Assembly: GCA_963978095.1 (NCBI GenBank)
Contig: CAXBQP010000028.1
Span: forward strand, 1 to 42,047
DNA: 42,047 nucleotides
Reading direction: 5' to 3'
DNA from: an uncultured bacterium
Lineage (GTDB): Bacteria; Gemmatimonadota; Gemmatimonadetes; Gemmatimonadales; Gemmatimonadaceae
The notes beneath the pieces were generated by a model. The model had not been told where the DNA came from. It saw nothing but the letters and a program-made list of their open reading frames with translations, and ran no database searches. Shown in pieces: positions 1-9,318 of the stretch (positions are counted from its first letter, which is position 1; every line of letters starts with the position of its first letter). Both the position numbers and the translations under genes were made by a program.

Positions 1-54
1 GGCATACGAGATAAGGCCACGTGACTGGAGTTCAGACGTGTGCTCTTCCGATCT
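1..54 (+). other. Illumina TruSeq/NEBNext P7 indexed adapter (sequencing artefact)
   Basis: GGCATACGAGAT (P7 tail) + AAGGCCAC (index, reverse complement GTGGCCTT) + GTGACTGGAGTTCAGACGTGTGCTCTTCCGATCT (Read 2 primer site). Confidence 0.99.
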
Positions 55-56
55 AG

Positions 57-2072
57 CCTCTCGCGTTCATGGCGGCACTCGCCCGACGGCTGATGAAACT
101 CCCGGGGGCTGCCGGCATCAGCCCGGAGTCGAGTCGCTTGCTGACCGATTCGGTGGCGGGCATCACGCCTGAGTCTCACGATCTTCTTTTTGTGCGCCGA
201 TTTGCTGCTGCCACGGTCGACCTTCTCAGTGCGGTGTCGGAGGAATCACCGCTGGTACTTCTGATCGACGATGTCGATGCCATTGATCAAGAATCCCGGG
301 ATGTTTGGCAGCGCGTCAAAAGCAATCTCCCGGCCATCGCTATCACTCTGGTCGAGGCGTCCGCGGAGAGCAGTGCTTTGGATAGCGAACGTTCGGCACG
401 CATTACCCTCCCTCCTCTGGCGGAGGTAGATATCGCGCCGATCTTTCCGGGGATTGAGTCAGCCCCCGTCGTCGAACGCGTCTCGTCCAATAGGCGAGCA
501 CTCCAGGAGCAACTCCTCCGGGAGTCCGGAGGAGTTCCGCGCTGCCTTGAACAGCTCCTGACGCTCGGTGTGAACACCGGCGTGCTAGAGAATATTGGCG
601 GACGGTGGCACGCGTCTGCGGAGGCCGATGTCGCATCGATGACGCTTGCGGCGGCGTCGCGCGCGCTGTACGCGCGTCTCAACGACACCGAACGAGACGT
701 CTTGACCAGCCTATTGTGCAACCGCGTTGCGGTCTCAACATCCGTCGTCAGCGAAATGCTTGGGATTCGGCCGGGTCGAGTGTTTGATGCGTTGTGTCAG
801 TTGCGCACTGCGGGCGTCGTCGTGTGCGTTGACACCGACCAGTGGAATGTCGCGCCATCTGGTCTTCGCGCCGAGACGGCTGCGGATACCGAGCGCATGG
901 TGCGTGTAGCGAGCCTGTGCGGCGAGCACCTGTCCCGCACCGCGAGCAACGCGGCGCAACGGCAACAAGCATTGCGGCTCTTGCTGCTAGGGAAACGCGA
1001 GGCGCTCGTCCGAGAGCTCGCGTTCGACTGGATTCGGGCTCTCGAACGGACTGGGATTCCCGCTCGACTCGGCGTACAACAGGTCGTGCCAGAGGAAGCG
1101 GAGGCTGCGCTCACTCGCGAAGTTCTGAGCAGAGTGGAGGCGAAGGGGCGACAGAAACGGAGCTATCGACTCGTGCTGTTCGCTCTCGTATCGTGTTGCA
1201 CGATCGCTCCATGGTTGTGGTTGTCGCGCCCCGCAGAGATCGTCAGCCTGAGTCAGGTCGATCCGGCCTCCATCGACTACGCCGACACGCCGTTCGAGGT
1301 ATTCCCTCGTTTCGAAATACGCACGCGCCTAGGTACTCTTTCGCATGCCCGAGATGGGGACACTGCATGGGCGCGATCCTCGTTCCCTGGGGCGCTCATC
1401 AGGGGGCGGACCTCAGCGGTCATCCGGGATGGACGTATGGTGTTCGATTCGCTGTATCCTCCGGTGTTAGCGACCGGAGCGGTTGTGCACGACCTCGAAA
1501 TCGCGGTGGCCGGACTTCCATCGCTCGTGCTCCGTGGAAAGTACGGTGAACGGGCAACATTGAAACTCGTCACCACTCTCCTCAACGGGCGTCGGTTCGA
1601 CGGGGGAATCCCCAACGTCGAGGTCGCGCCGTCGGGAGAAATCAACGCAATCCTGCGTTGGCGCTACTCAACTCAGGCTAGTACGGCTGCCTATCAGATG
1701 GGATATGCGACCTCATGGGAACCTCGAGCTCGGAGCACACACACAACGCGTGCGCTGCTTGTCGGCGTTCGGGATGCGGAGTTCGTCGATTCGCTCCATC
1801 AGCGCGCTCCGCGCAAGCCGGGTCATTATTGGGTGGTCTGGACGCTGGGCGCCGAGCCGGACTCCAAGTGGTTGCTGTCGGGAACGAACTGGGTGTGTGG
1901 AACTCCGCGCTGGAATGACAGCAATAATGTGCAGATGCTTCCCGACAGCGTGTTGCGGCAATCGGCGAAGCGCGGTGTCGTTCAAATCCCGTACGACTAT
2001 TGCGATGCAGGCTCGCATCAGCGTCGAGTAGTGGCTCTGCCGCTTGCTGCTATCGAAATCACGGTCCGATAA
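57..2072 (+). CDS. 5'-truncated AAA-ATPase (STAND/SARP-like) membrane protein with a C-terminal extracytoplasmic beta-rich domain
   Basis: Walker-B-like PLVLLIDDVDAID, ESGGVPRCLEQL motif, helical region, one TM (LVLFALVSCCTIAPWLWL), then a beta-rich tail. Walker A is absent. The frame is open back to the adapter junction (PLAF-M). Confidence 0.7.
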   Translation, partial: PLAFMAALARRLMKLPGAAGISPESSRLLTDSVAGITPESHDLLFVRRFAAATVDLLSAVSEESPLVLLIDDVDAIDQESRDVWQRVKSNLPAIAITLVEASAESSALDSERSARITLPPLAEVDIAPIFPGIESAPVVERVSSNRRALQEQLLRESGGVPRCLEQLLTLGVNTGVLENIGGRWHASAEADVASMTLAAASRALYARLNDTERDVLTSLLCNRVAVSTSVVSEMLGIRPGRVFDALCQLRTAGVVVCVDTDQWNVAPSGLRAETAADTERMVRVASLCGEHLSRTASNAAQRQQALRLLLLGKREALVRELAFDWIRALERTGIPARLGVQQVVPEEAEAALTREVLSRVEAKGRQKRSYRLVLFALVSCCTIAPWLWLSRPAEIVSLSQVDPASIDYADTPFEVFPRFEIRTRLGTLSHARDGDTAWARSSFPGALIRGRTSAVIRDGRMVFDSLYPPVLATGAVVHDLEIAVAGLPSLVLRGKYGERATLKLVTTLLNGRRFDGGIPNVEVAPSGEINAILRWRYSTQASTAAYQMGYATSWEPRARSTHTTRALLVGVRDAEFVDSLHQRAPRKPGHYWVVWTLGAEPDSKWLLSGTNWVCGTPRWNDSNNVQMLPDSVLRQSAKRGVVQIPYDYCDAGSHQRRVVALPLAAIEITVR

Positions 2073-2092
2073 ATTGGCGTGCTTAAGCGGAA

Positions 2093-2121
2093 GACGCCGG
2101 CCACCTGAGGTGGCCGGCGTC
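2093..2121. terminator. GC-rich hairpin between convergent genes (probable bidirectional terminator)
   Basis: Perfect 13-bp inverted repeat GACGCCGGCCACC-TGA-GGTGGCCGGCGTC. Confidence 0.75.
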
Positions 2122-2145
2122 CCTCTCGTCGCGTGGAGCCCCGAC

Positions 2146-2574
2146 TTACTTGCAGTTCAGCACCTTCACCGCGTTGCCCGTGTTCGGCGGCGCCGCCGGA
2201 TTCATGGTGGACATGGTGCAGGTCAGCCCGCGCGGCAGATCCTTCATGTTCACGAAGACGCCTTTGTAGCAGGACACCGAATGCACATAGGGTGCCTTCA
2301 CCGTCAGCGGATTCCAGTGCGACTGGGCCGCGCCCGTGTGCGAGTCGGTGAAGTGGATCTCCGTCGTCGACATCGCGTAGGGGTCGCTCACCGTCTGGGT
2401 CGCCGTCCCGCTCGGGATCACGCACTCCATCGGGCCCGGGATCGCAATCGCGACCGGCGCGGAGATGGTCGCGCCCGCCTTGGCGGGAGCTGAACCCGTT
2501 TTCGTTTGGGCACGGGCCGGCTGAGACGCCAGTCCGAGCGTGAGCAGCGCAAGGAACATCACACGAGTGGTCAT
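2146..2574 (-). CDS. Small secreted hypothetical protein (4 Cys, His/Met-rich)
   Basis: AAGGAG SD upstream of ATG 2574. Signal peptide MTTRVMFLALLTLGLASQPARA-Q. GC3-rich codons. Confidence 0.8.
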   Translation of the reverse strand: MTTRVMFLALLTLGLASQPARAQTKTGSAPAKAGATISAPVAIAIPGPMECVIPSGTATQTVSDPYAMSTTEIHFTDSHTGAAQSHWNPLTVKAPYVHSVSCYKGVFVNMKDLPRGLTCTMSTMNPAAPPNTGNAVKVLNCK

Positions 2575-2715
2575 CGTCGACTCCTTCTGGGTGATTGAGA
2601 TGATGATGCGACGGAACCGCGGTTCGAATATACGGCGCGAGCACCGAGCGGCCAAACGCGTTGGCTCCGACGGTGCCGGCACCACTCACACTTGGACCAT
2701 CGCCCCCGAGGGCGC

Positions 2716-2758
2716 TGTGACGCGCATCACGAAATCTCATGTTGTGCGACCGTAGATT
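2716..2758 (+). promoter_or_regulatory. CRP/FNR-family-like site plus -10 element (class II geometry)
   Basis: TGTGA-CGCGCA-TCACG at 2716-2731. TAGATT at 2753-2758. Confidence 0.5.
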
Positions 2759-2798
2759 CTTCAGTACCTTCCAGTCGCCACTCAACCCTGAGGCTCTC

Positions 2799-3584
2799 AT
2801 GCATCGTGCCCTTCGCCAGACCGTTCGCAGCGCAGTTCTCGCCACGGCGGCCGCGCTCATTGCCGCGCCTGCCTTGATGGCGCAGATCCCCGGCATGCCG
2901 CTCTACACCAACCCCCGCTACGGCTCGGGCGTCCGCGTGCACGCCGACCTCGGCAACTCCTCGGAACCGTCGATCGCGCACCAGACGCTGCAGGCCGGTG
3001 TCTCGATGGCGCTCGGACCGGTCGGGTTCAGCGCGAGCCTCGGGAGCACCACGGAGAACCTCACGTCGCTCAATACGTGTGCCACGCATCCGACGGCTGA
3101 CTGCAGCCGCAAGAAGTTGAGCGCCGCCGCCCTCGGCCAGTTCCGCGTGCTCGGCGATGGCAACTCCGAGGTGACGGTCGCGATCTTCGGGGGGCTCGCC
3201 ACTGACCTCTCGATGACGGACGCCGTGGATTGCGGCCAGTATACCGGCATCGCGGCGACGGTCTGCAACATCGACAAGAAGAACAACTCGGCCAAGCGTC
3301 TGACCATCCCGGTCGGTGCCTCGGTCTCGGCGCACATTCCGTTGCTCATCACGAGCGTGAATGTCTGGGCCGCGCCGCGGTACAGCTTCAACACCATGAT
3401 GAACTGCCCGGATGGCGCCTCCTGCGGGAGCAATGGCGGCGATATCCGCTTTGCCGTCGGCGCGGACATGCCGATCCTGGGCCTGTTCGCTTTGCGCGCG
3501 GCGTACGACATGGGGAAGGTCGGAGGCCAGAGCGCGAACTTCTTCGGCTTGGGCGGCTCCATCGGCTTCGGCGGCGTGCACTAG
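2799..3584 (+). CDS. Secreted, probable outer-membrane beta-barrel protein with Cys-paired loops
   Basis: Signal peptide ending ALMA-Q. Alternating amphipathic strands (GVRVHADLG, IRFAVGADM, FALRAAYD, FGLGGSIGF). Three Cys pairs. Start moved to ATG 2799 (GAGG upstream). Confidence 0.75.
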   Translation: MHRALRQTVRSAVLATAAALIAAPALMAQIPGMPLYTNPRYGSGVRVHADLGNSSEPSIAHQTLQAGVSMALGPVGFSASLGSTTENLTSLNTCATHPTADCSRKKLSAAALGQFRVLGDGNSEVTVAIFGGLATDLSMTDAVDCGQYTGIAATVCNIDKKNNSAKRLTIPVGASVSAHIPLLITSVNVWAAPRYSFNTMMNCPDGASCGSNGGDIRFAVGADMPILGLFALRAAYDMGKVGGQSANFFGLGGSIGFGGVH

Positions 3585-3595
3585 TCCTCGAATGT

Positions 3596-3656
3596 TCGAC
3601 CACCGCGAGGTGGTCGAGAACGGCAACGGGCGCCCGACAGTGTCGGGCGCCCGTTG
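3596..3656 (+). terminator. Tandem hairpins after the barrel gene
   Basis: TCGACCACC-GCGA-GGTGGTCGA (3596-3617) and CAACGGGCGCCCGACA-G-TGTCGGGCGCCCGTTG (3624-3656). Confidence 0.7.
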
Positions 3657-3864
3657 TGCATCCCCACCGGTCGGTCAGGGGAGCGTGGGCGCGCACATCG
3701 ACCGTCGGGTCGTGAAGGAGTTCCGACGCGCCGGCGTGCGTTAGCAGTGGCAAAAAACCGAACGGCGGTTACTTTCGAGGCAGTGCACTAGTCCTGCGCG
3801 GCTCGCTGTTGCGCTGGGCTTCCTTTGCAACCCCTCGCATCCGAGCCGAAGGAGGTTCGCGGCA

Positions 3865-5784
3865 ATGAAAGGAGTGGACGCCGGGCGCGTGTTGGCGTCG
3901 CGCACGTACCGATCCCTGCTGCTCGGTGTGTGCGTGGTGAACGCAATCGGCCTGCTCTCGAGCGCGGAGTCTGCCAGACTGCGGATGAGCCGCGGGGTTG
4001 TTGGCTTGGCGAGCGCGCTACTGCTGTTGCTGGCGCGCGACGGTGCGCCGTCGCGACTGGTGCGCCGGTGGGTGCTCACGGCCAGCGTGTGTTGGATGCT
4101 GATCACCGTCGTCACCACCATCCAAACGGCGTGGCCGAGTGGGCTCGATCTCGCGGTGGTGTTGGGTTGCTGCGCGGTGTTGGACGAGAGCCTTGGCGTG
4201 GGTGTGTTGATCGTGGGGCTCGCGGCGGTGCCCGTGCTCTCCGTGGAGGTCTTCGGCGGCGGTCCGCTGCGCCCGATCACCGCCCACTTTGCGGTGGGAT
4301 GGTCGCTGGCGTGCTCGTCCATGATGTTCGTGAGTTACCGGCTGGCTCGTGCGTTGAATGAAGGGGGGCGTGAGCTCGCCGCGTCGGCGCGTGGTCTGCG
4401 TGAGCAGGAGGCGGCGCTCGCGGAGGTCACGCGGCTGTTGGCTGCGGACATGACGATGGCCGTGACCGCGGTGCGGGCGTCGGTGACGCAAGGGCGGCTG
4501 CAGGTGCGCACGGCCGCGACCGCGTTGGCCACTGCGCTCGGCGTGACGCGGCGCGCGATGCCATCGGAACCCGAGCTTCCGCCGGGGAGGATCGAGGAGC
4601 GGCTGCGCGAGGTACGGGCGGACAGCTTCCGTGCGATGCTGACACTCGGCCTGTGTGTGCTGCCGATCGTCGCGTGGTCCAATGAGGCGTTGGCGTATCG
4701 GCGTCCGCTCGTCATCGGGCAGTGGGTGCTCTCGCTATTGGCCGCGGTGATGTTGCGCCTGCGGCCCGAGCGGTGGGAAGAGACGATGCGCTGGTTTGCC
4801 TACGTGATCGTGGGTTCCGCGTTGTTCGCGCTGGCGTGGTGGTATCGCACGCCGGTGGGCGAACTGCCGCCGAACGTGTCGCCGCTGGCCATCGCGATCG
4901 TGCTGATGGCCTATGCGCTGGGATCGCGGCGCGTTCTGGTGGGGACCGTGCTGACTGCCCTGCTGATTGTGGTGTTCGTGTGGCTGAAGCACCCCAATCT
5001 GCAGGCGGTGCGGATGATCACGCGGGTCGTGATGTTCGCGATCCTGGGCGACATGTTGATCGTATTGCCACGACAGTTGATGTCCTGGTTGGAGGACACT
5101 CGCCAGGCGGCGGGCGCGGCGATCAGTCGACAGCGGCGCGTGATCGGCACGTTGTTCCATGACTTGGGGAATCCGGCGCAACTCGTGCTGCTTTCGGCGC
5201 ACGACTTGGCGGCGGACGGCGTGGGGGAGCCGAGTGCGGTGGAGGCGACCGCGCTGGAGGAGATCGACGCGATGGCGGCGCGCATGCAGGAGACGTTGGA
5301 CGCGGCGATTCGCGGCGAGCGGGCGGACGGATTGGTGTCGATCCAGGCGGTGTGTCGTGCGGTGCCTCGGGTGTTCGCGCGGGCGTTGAGCGAGAAGCAG
5401 GTGACGTTGGAGGTGCGGGCGGACACGGCCGCGTTGGTGCGGGCCGATCCCGTGATTCTGCGGGACTCGGTGTTGTCGAACCTGGTGTCGAACGCGTTGA
5501 AGTTCAGTCCACGCGGCGGGACGATCACCGTGGAGGTCACCGAGGGGGTTCAGTGGGTGGAGATTTCGGTGTCGGACCGTGGCGCCGGACTCGCGGCGGA
5601 TGTGCAGGCCGCGTTGGCGACAGGGAGCGCGATTCCGTCGCACGCGGGGACCGCCGGCGAGCCGGGTTCCGGGTTCGGCGTGCGGCTGGTGCAGGACTAT
5701 GTGAAGCAGATGCGCGGAACGGTAGCGTACGAGGCGCGCAGCGGGGGCGGAGTGGTGGTGCGGGTGAGACTTCCGTCGGTGTGA
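3865..5784 (+). CDS. Multi-pass membrane sensor histidine kinase
   Basis: AAGGAGG SD. Two hydrophobic TM blocks. H-box LFHDLGNP, N-box NLVSNALKFS, G1 DRGAGL, G2 GEPGSGFGV. Confidence 0.9.
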   Translation: MKGVDAGRVLASRTYRSLLLGVCVVNAIGLLSSAESARLRMSRGVVGLASALLLLLARDGAPSRLVRRWVLTASVCWMLITVVTTIQTAWPSGLDLAVVLGCCAVLDESLGVGVLIVGLAAVPVLSVEVFGGGPLRPITAHFAVGWSLACSSMMFVSYRLARALNEGGRELAASARGLREQEAALAEVTRLLAADMTMAVTAVRASVTQGRLQVRTAATALATALGVTRRAMPSEPELPPGRIEERLREVRADSFRAMLTLGLCVLPIVAWSNEALAYRRPLVIGQWVLSLLAAVMLRLRPERWEETMRWFAYVIVGSALFALAWWYRTPVGELPPNVSPLAIAIVLMAYALGSRRVLVGTVLTALLIVVFVWLKHPNLQAVRMITRVVMFAILGDMLIVLPRQLMSWLEDTRQAAGAAISRQRRVIGTLFHDLGNPAQLVLLSAHDLAADGVGEPSAVEATALEEIDAMAARMQETLDAAIRGERADGLVSIQAVCRAVPRVFARALSEKQVTLEVRADTAALVRADPVILRDSVLSNLVSNALKFSPRGGTITVEVTEGVQWVEISVSDRGAGLAADVQAALATGSAIPSHAGTAGEPGSGFGVRLVQDYVKQMRGTVAYEARSGGGVVVRVRLPSV

Positions 5785-5795
5785 GGGGCGATGGC

Positions 5796-5824
5796 TAGAC
5801 GTTCGTGGTCCCGCGGAGTAGATT
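5796..5824 (+). promoter_or_regulatory. Sigma70-like promoter of the tRNA
   Basis: TAGACG-N17-TAGATT ending 27 nt before the tRNA. Confidence 0.5.
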
Positions 5825-5851
5825 CCGCTGTCTGTCCGCGAGAGCGGCGGA

Positions 5852-5925
5852 CGGGACGTAGCGCAGCCCGGTAGCGCACCTGAATGGGGTTCAGGGGGTC
5901 GCGGGTTCGAATCCCGCCGTCCCGA
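5852..5925 (+). tRNA. tRNA-Pro(GGG), CCA not encoded
   Basis: Acceptor stem CGGGACG/CGTCCCG. D arm. Anticodon arm CCTGA-AT-GGG-GT-TCAGG. T arm GCGGG-TTCGAAT-CCCGC. Confidence 0.97.
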
Positions 5926-5936
5926 TTTGATGAGAT

Positions 5937-5981
5937 AAGCTAGGCGGCGGTTCCTCGATCCGAGGGCCCGCCGTCTTGCTT
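5937..5981 (+). terminator. Long hairpin downstream of the tRNA
   Basis: Imperfect stem AAGCTAGGCGGCGGTTCCTCG-ATC-CGAGGGCCCGCCGTCTTGCTT. Confidence 0.6.
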
Positions 5982-6079
5982 CATGTTGCCGCGGTATCGC
6001 CGACGCGCACCCCCCAGCGCTGGCTGGCGTCGGCTGTGGCCGACGCGTTAGCTTCAGGGGTGCGTCACCCCTCTCTGCC

Positions 6080-7141
6080 ATGACGACCCTACTCGTGACC
6101 GGTGGCGCCGGCTTCATCGGGTCGGCCCTCGTACGACAGTTGCTCGCCGAGTCCCATGTCGCGATCGCGAACGTGGACCTCCTGACGTATTCCGGGAATC
6201 TCGACTCGCTCGGCGCTTGCCTGGACGACCCGCGCCACCGATTGCACGCGGTCGATATTGCGGACGGGGAAGCGGTGCGCGAGGTCTTCGCGCGTGAGGC
6301 CCCGGCTGCCGTGCTGCATCTCGCGGCGGAATCGCACGTCGATCGCTCGATCGATGGACCGGCCGCGTTCGTGCGCACGAACCTCGTCGGGACGTTCACC
6401 ATGCTGGACGAAGCGACCCGGTACTGGCGTGGGCTGAGCGGTGCCAAGCGCGAGGAGTTCCGGTTCGTGCACGTGTCCACCGACGAAGTGTTCGGGTCGC
6501 TCGGCCAGACGGGCTACTTCAGCGAGACGACCGCCTACGATCCCAGCTCACCGTACTCCGCGAGCAAGGCGGGAGCCGATCACCTCGCGCGCGCGTGGCA
6601 TCGGACCTACGGCCTCCCCGTCATCGTGACGAACTGCTCGAACAACTACGGCCCGTGTCAGTTCCCCGAGAAGTTGATCCCGTTGATCATCCACAAGGCC
6701 GTGCGCGGTGAGCCGCTGCCGGTGTACGGCTCGGGGCAGCAGGTGCGGGACTGGCTTCACGTGGACGATCATGTGCGTGCGCTGCGGCTTGCGCTCGAGC
6801 GTGGAACCGTGGGGGAAAGCTACGCCTTCGGCGGCACGAATGAGCGGACGAACCTCGAAGTGGTGCACGCGGTGTGCGGACTGCTCGACGAACTGCGGCC
6901 CGATCCGCGCGGGACGTATGCGCGGTTGATCACGTTCGTCGCGGATCGACCGGGGCACGACCTGCGCTACGCGATCGACGCGACCAAGGCACGCACGCAA
7001 CTCGGGTGGGCCCCGGTCGAGACGTTCACGAGCGGCCTTCGGAAGACCGTCCAATGGTACCTCGAGCACGCCGGCTGGGTGGAACGCGTGATGCGGGGCG
7101 AATACCGCGGCGAGCGACTGGGAGCGCTGCAGAACTCGTGA
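6080..7141 (+). CDS. rmlB: dTDP-glucose 4,6-dehydratase
   Basis: [48 protein letters not shown]. Confidence 0.97.
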   Translation: MTTLLVTGGAGFIGSALVRQLLAESHVAIANVDLLTYSGNLDSLGACLDDPRHRLHAVDIADGEAVREVFAREAPAAVLHLAAESHVDRSIDGPAAFVRTNLVGTFTMLDEATRYWRGLSGAKREEFRFVHVSTDEVFGSLGQTGYFSETTAYDPSSPYSASKAGADHLARAWHRTYGLPVIVTNCSNNYGPCQFPEKLIPLIIHKAVRGEPLPVYGSGQQVRDWLHVDDHVRALRLALERGTVGESYAFGGTNERTNLEVVHAVCGLLDELRPDPRGTYARLITFVADRPGHDLRYAIDATKARTQLGWAPVETFTSGLRKTVQWYLEHAGWVERVMRGEYRGERLGALQNS

Positions 7142-8013
7142 AGGGGATCATCCTGGCCGGCGGCACCGGGAGTCGCCTGTGGCCGATCACACGCGTCGTG
7201 AGCAAGCAACTGCTTCCGGTGTACGACAAACCGATGCTGTATTACCCGCTCTCGGTGCTGATGCTGGCAGGACTGCGGGAGATCCTCATCATCTCGACGC
7301 CCTCGGACCTGCCGAGGATGCAACAACTGCTCGGCGACGGTTCACGCTGGGGGCTCGCGTTCCGGTACGCGGAGCAGGCAGAGCCGAACGGGCTGGCCCA
7401 GGCGTTCGTGATCGGTCGCGAGTTCATCGGCAACGACAGTGTCTGCCTGATCCTCGGCGACAACATCTTCTACGGCGCCTCGCTGACGAACCACCTGCGA
7501 GACGCGGCGGCGCAGCAGACCGGTGCGACCGTATTCGGATATCGTGTCAGTGATCCGGAGCGGTACGGCGTGGCGGAGGTCGATCCCAGCGGATTGGTGC
7601 GTTCGATCGAGGAGAAGCCGAAGGTTCCGAAGTCGAACCTGGCAATCACCGGACTGTACTTCTACGACAACGATGTCGTGAGGATCGCAGCGGGGCTCAC
7701 GCCGTCGGCCCGTGGCGAATACGAGATCACGGACGTGAATCAGGCGTACCTGGCGAAAGGGGCACTACGCCTCAAGGTGCTCGGGCGGGGCACGGCGTGG
7801 CTTGACACCGGCACGCATGACTCGCTGCACGAGGCGTCAAGCTACGTGGCGACGATCGAGCGGCGGCAAGGGCTGAAGATCGCGTGTGTGGAGGAAATCG
7901 CCTTTCGGAATCGGTGGATCGATGCGGCGCGCCTGTTGGACCTCGCCTCGGAATTCAAGGCGAATCCCTACGGCGAGTATCTGCGGCGCATCGCGCGTGA
8001 GGACCGTGCATGA
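7138..8013 (+). CDS. rmlA: Glucose-1-phosphate thymidylyltransferase
   Basis: GTG start overlapping the rmlB stop (GTGA). [49 protein letters not shown]. Confidence 0.97.
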   Translation: MKGIILAGGTGSRLWPITRVVSKQLLPVYDKPMLYYPLSVLMLAGLREILIISTPSDLPRMQQLLGDGSRWGLAFRYAEQAEPNGLAQAFVIGREFIGNDSVCLILGDNIFYGASLTNHLRDAAAQQTGATVFGYRVSDPERYGVAEVDPSGLVRSIEEKPKVPKSNLAITGLYFYDNDVVRIAAGLTPSARGEYEITDVNQAYLAKGALRLKVLGRGTAWLDTGTHDSLHEASSYVATIERRQGLKIACVEEIAFRNRWIDAARLLDLASEFKANPYGEYLRRIAREDRA

Positions 8014-8576
8014 CGCGTGTCGAGCGGATGCCGATGCCCGGGCTGTTGCTGATCCGTCGCACGGTGATCGGCGATCTGCGCGGCTCGTTCAGCGAGCTGT
8101 GGCGTGAGGGAGAGTATCGCGCGACGGACATAGGTCCGTTCGTGCAGGAGAATGTGTCCGTGTCGCGGCAGCACGTCCTCCGAGGAATGCATCTGCAGAA
8201 CCCGGCGGGACACTCGAAGCTGGTGACGGTGGTGCGCGGGCGCGTCTGGGACGTGGTTGCCGACCTTCGCGTGGGATCGCCGACGTTCGGGAAGTGGCAC
8301 GGGCAGGAGCTCTCCGACGAGAATGGCTGCCAGTTGTACATCCCCGTCGGATTCGCGCACGGGTTCGTGACCTTGTCGCCGGAGGCGGTCTTCGTGTACC
8401 AGATGGGGGGCTACTACGCGCCGCAACACGAAATCGCGGTGGCGTGGAACGACCCGGCGCTCGCCATCACGTGGCCGATCACGGACCCCATCCTCGCCGA
8501 GAAGGACCGGGGGGCGCCCACGCTTGATCGGATCCCGCGCGAGCGGCTGCCGGTCTACGACCCTTCGGCGGGGTAG
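8010..8576 (+). CDS. rmlC: dTDP-4-dehydrorhamnose 3,5-epimerase
   Basis: [54 protein letters not shown] overlap with rmlA. Confidence 0.95.
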   Translation: MTRVERMPMPGLLLIRRTVIGDLRGSFSELWREGEYRATDIGPFVQENVSVSRQHVLRGMHLQNPAGHSKLVTVVRGRVWDVVADLRVGSPTFGKWHGQELSDENGCQLYIPVGFAHGFVTLSPEAVFVYQMGGYYAPQHEIAVAWNDPALAITWPITDPILAEKDRGAPTLDRIPRERLPVYDPSAG

Positions 8577-8683
8577 CGCGGTAGCGCGCGACGTGGCTTG
8601 CGGGAGACGCCCGGAACGAACAATATAAAATTAGGGTCGGTGAACAACCCGTCATCGGCCCTTCACTCAAATCCGAGGAGACC

Positions 8684-9298
8684 ATGCTGCTCAACTTTCG
8701 CCGTGGGCTACCCGCCTTGTGTGCATTACTCCCGTGGTCGGACGCGCTCCCCTTCGCGCACCATGATGCATCGCGACACCGGATGAGTGTTCCTGTGGAA
8801 TATTCGCAGGAAAAACCGACGAAAGAGCAGACGGAAGCATTGAACAAAGCGATGGAAGCTGCGCGCGCTGCTGAACGGAAGGCCGTGATAGCACCGGCGA
8901 AGCCGAAGGCGCCGACCACCACGACCAACTACTCGACAATGTCGGCCGACCGGTCCGCTGGTGCATCGGCCCCGGTGATTACCGTTTCCAAAAGGGCCGT
9001 CCTGAACGTGGTCAACGGCACCATGCGGCCGTGGGTGGACGGCATCAAAGCGCTGAACGAAGGTGCGGCCCGGTCGTTTGATTTCGCGGCGAGCCTGACC
9101 TTCTTTGACCCAGCCGGAAAGGCGGAGAAGCAACGTCGGGCAGCCGAGCTCCGTTCTTGGAACAATGACTGGGATTCCCTCGTCCAAAACGTCATCAACA
9201 CCGTGAACGGATTTGTAGTCGGAACCAATCAGACCTACGACTTTCCGATCGGTCCCAACAATAACGTGTACCGTATTTCCGGAAAAATCGCGCCGTAG
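8684..9298 (+). CDS. Hypothetical protein, possibly exported
   Basis: GAGGAG SD. 204-aa ORF with protein-like composition. More A-rich than the flanking genes. No family recognised. Confidence 0.7.
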   Translation: MLLNFRRGLPALCALLPWSDALPFAHHDASRHRMSVPVEYSQEKPTKEQTEALNKAMEAARAAERKAVIAPAKPKAPTTTTNYSTMSADRSAGASAPVITVSKRAVLNVVNGTMRPWVDGIKALNEGAARSFDFAASLTFFDPAGKAEKQRRAAELRSWNNDWDSLVQNVINTVNGFVVGTNQTYDFPIGPNNNVYRISGKIAP

Positions 9299-9318
9299 CG
9301 TGAGCCTGCTGCGGTTCG

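Noticed and set aside
2614..2625. Palindrome GAACCGCGGTTC upstream of the small secreted gene
   Set aside because: It is a single GC-rich 12-mer with no second copy seen, so chance cannot be excluded.
3865..5784. Strong G/T richness of the kinase gene as a sign of foreign origin
   Set aside because: It is largely explained by Val/Leu/Gly/Ala-rich membrane segments. No mobility signatures are present.
5852..5925. tRNA-Pro as an integration site for an island
   Set aside because: There is no integrase, and I found no duplicated tRNA 3' end in the window.
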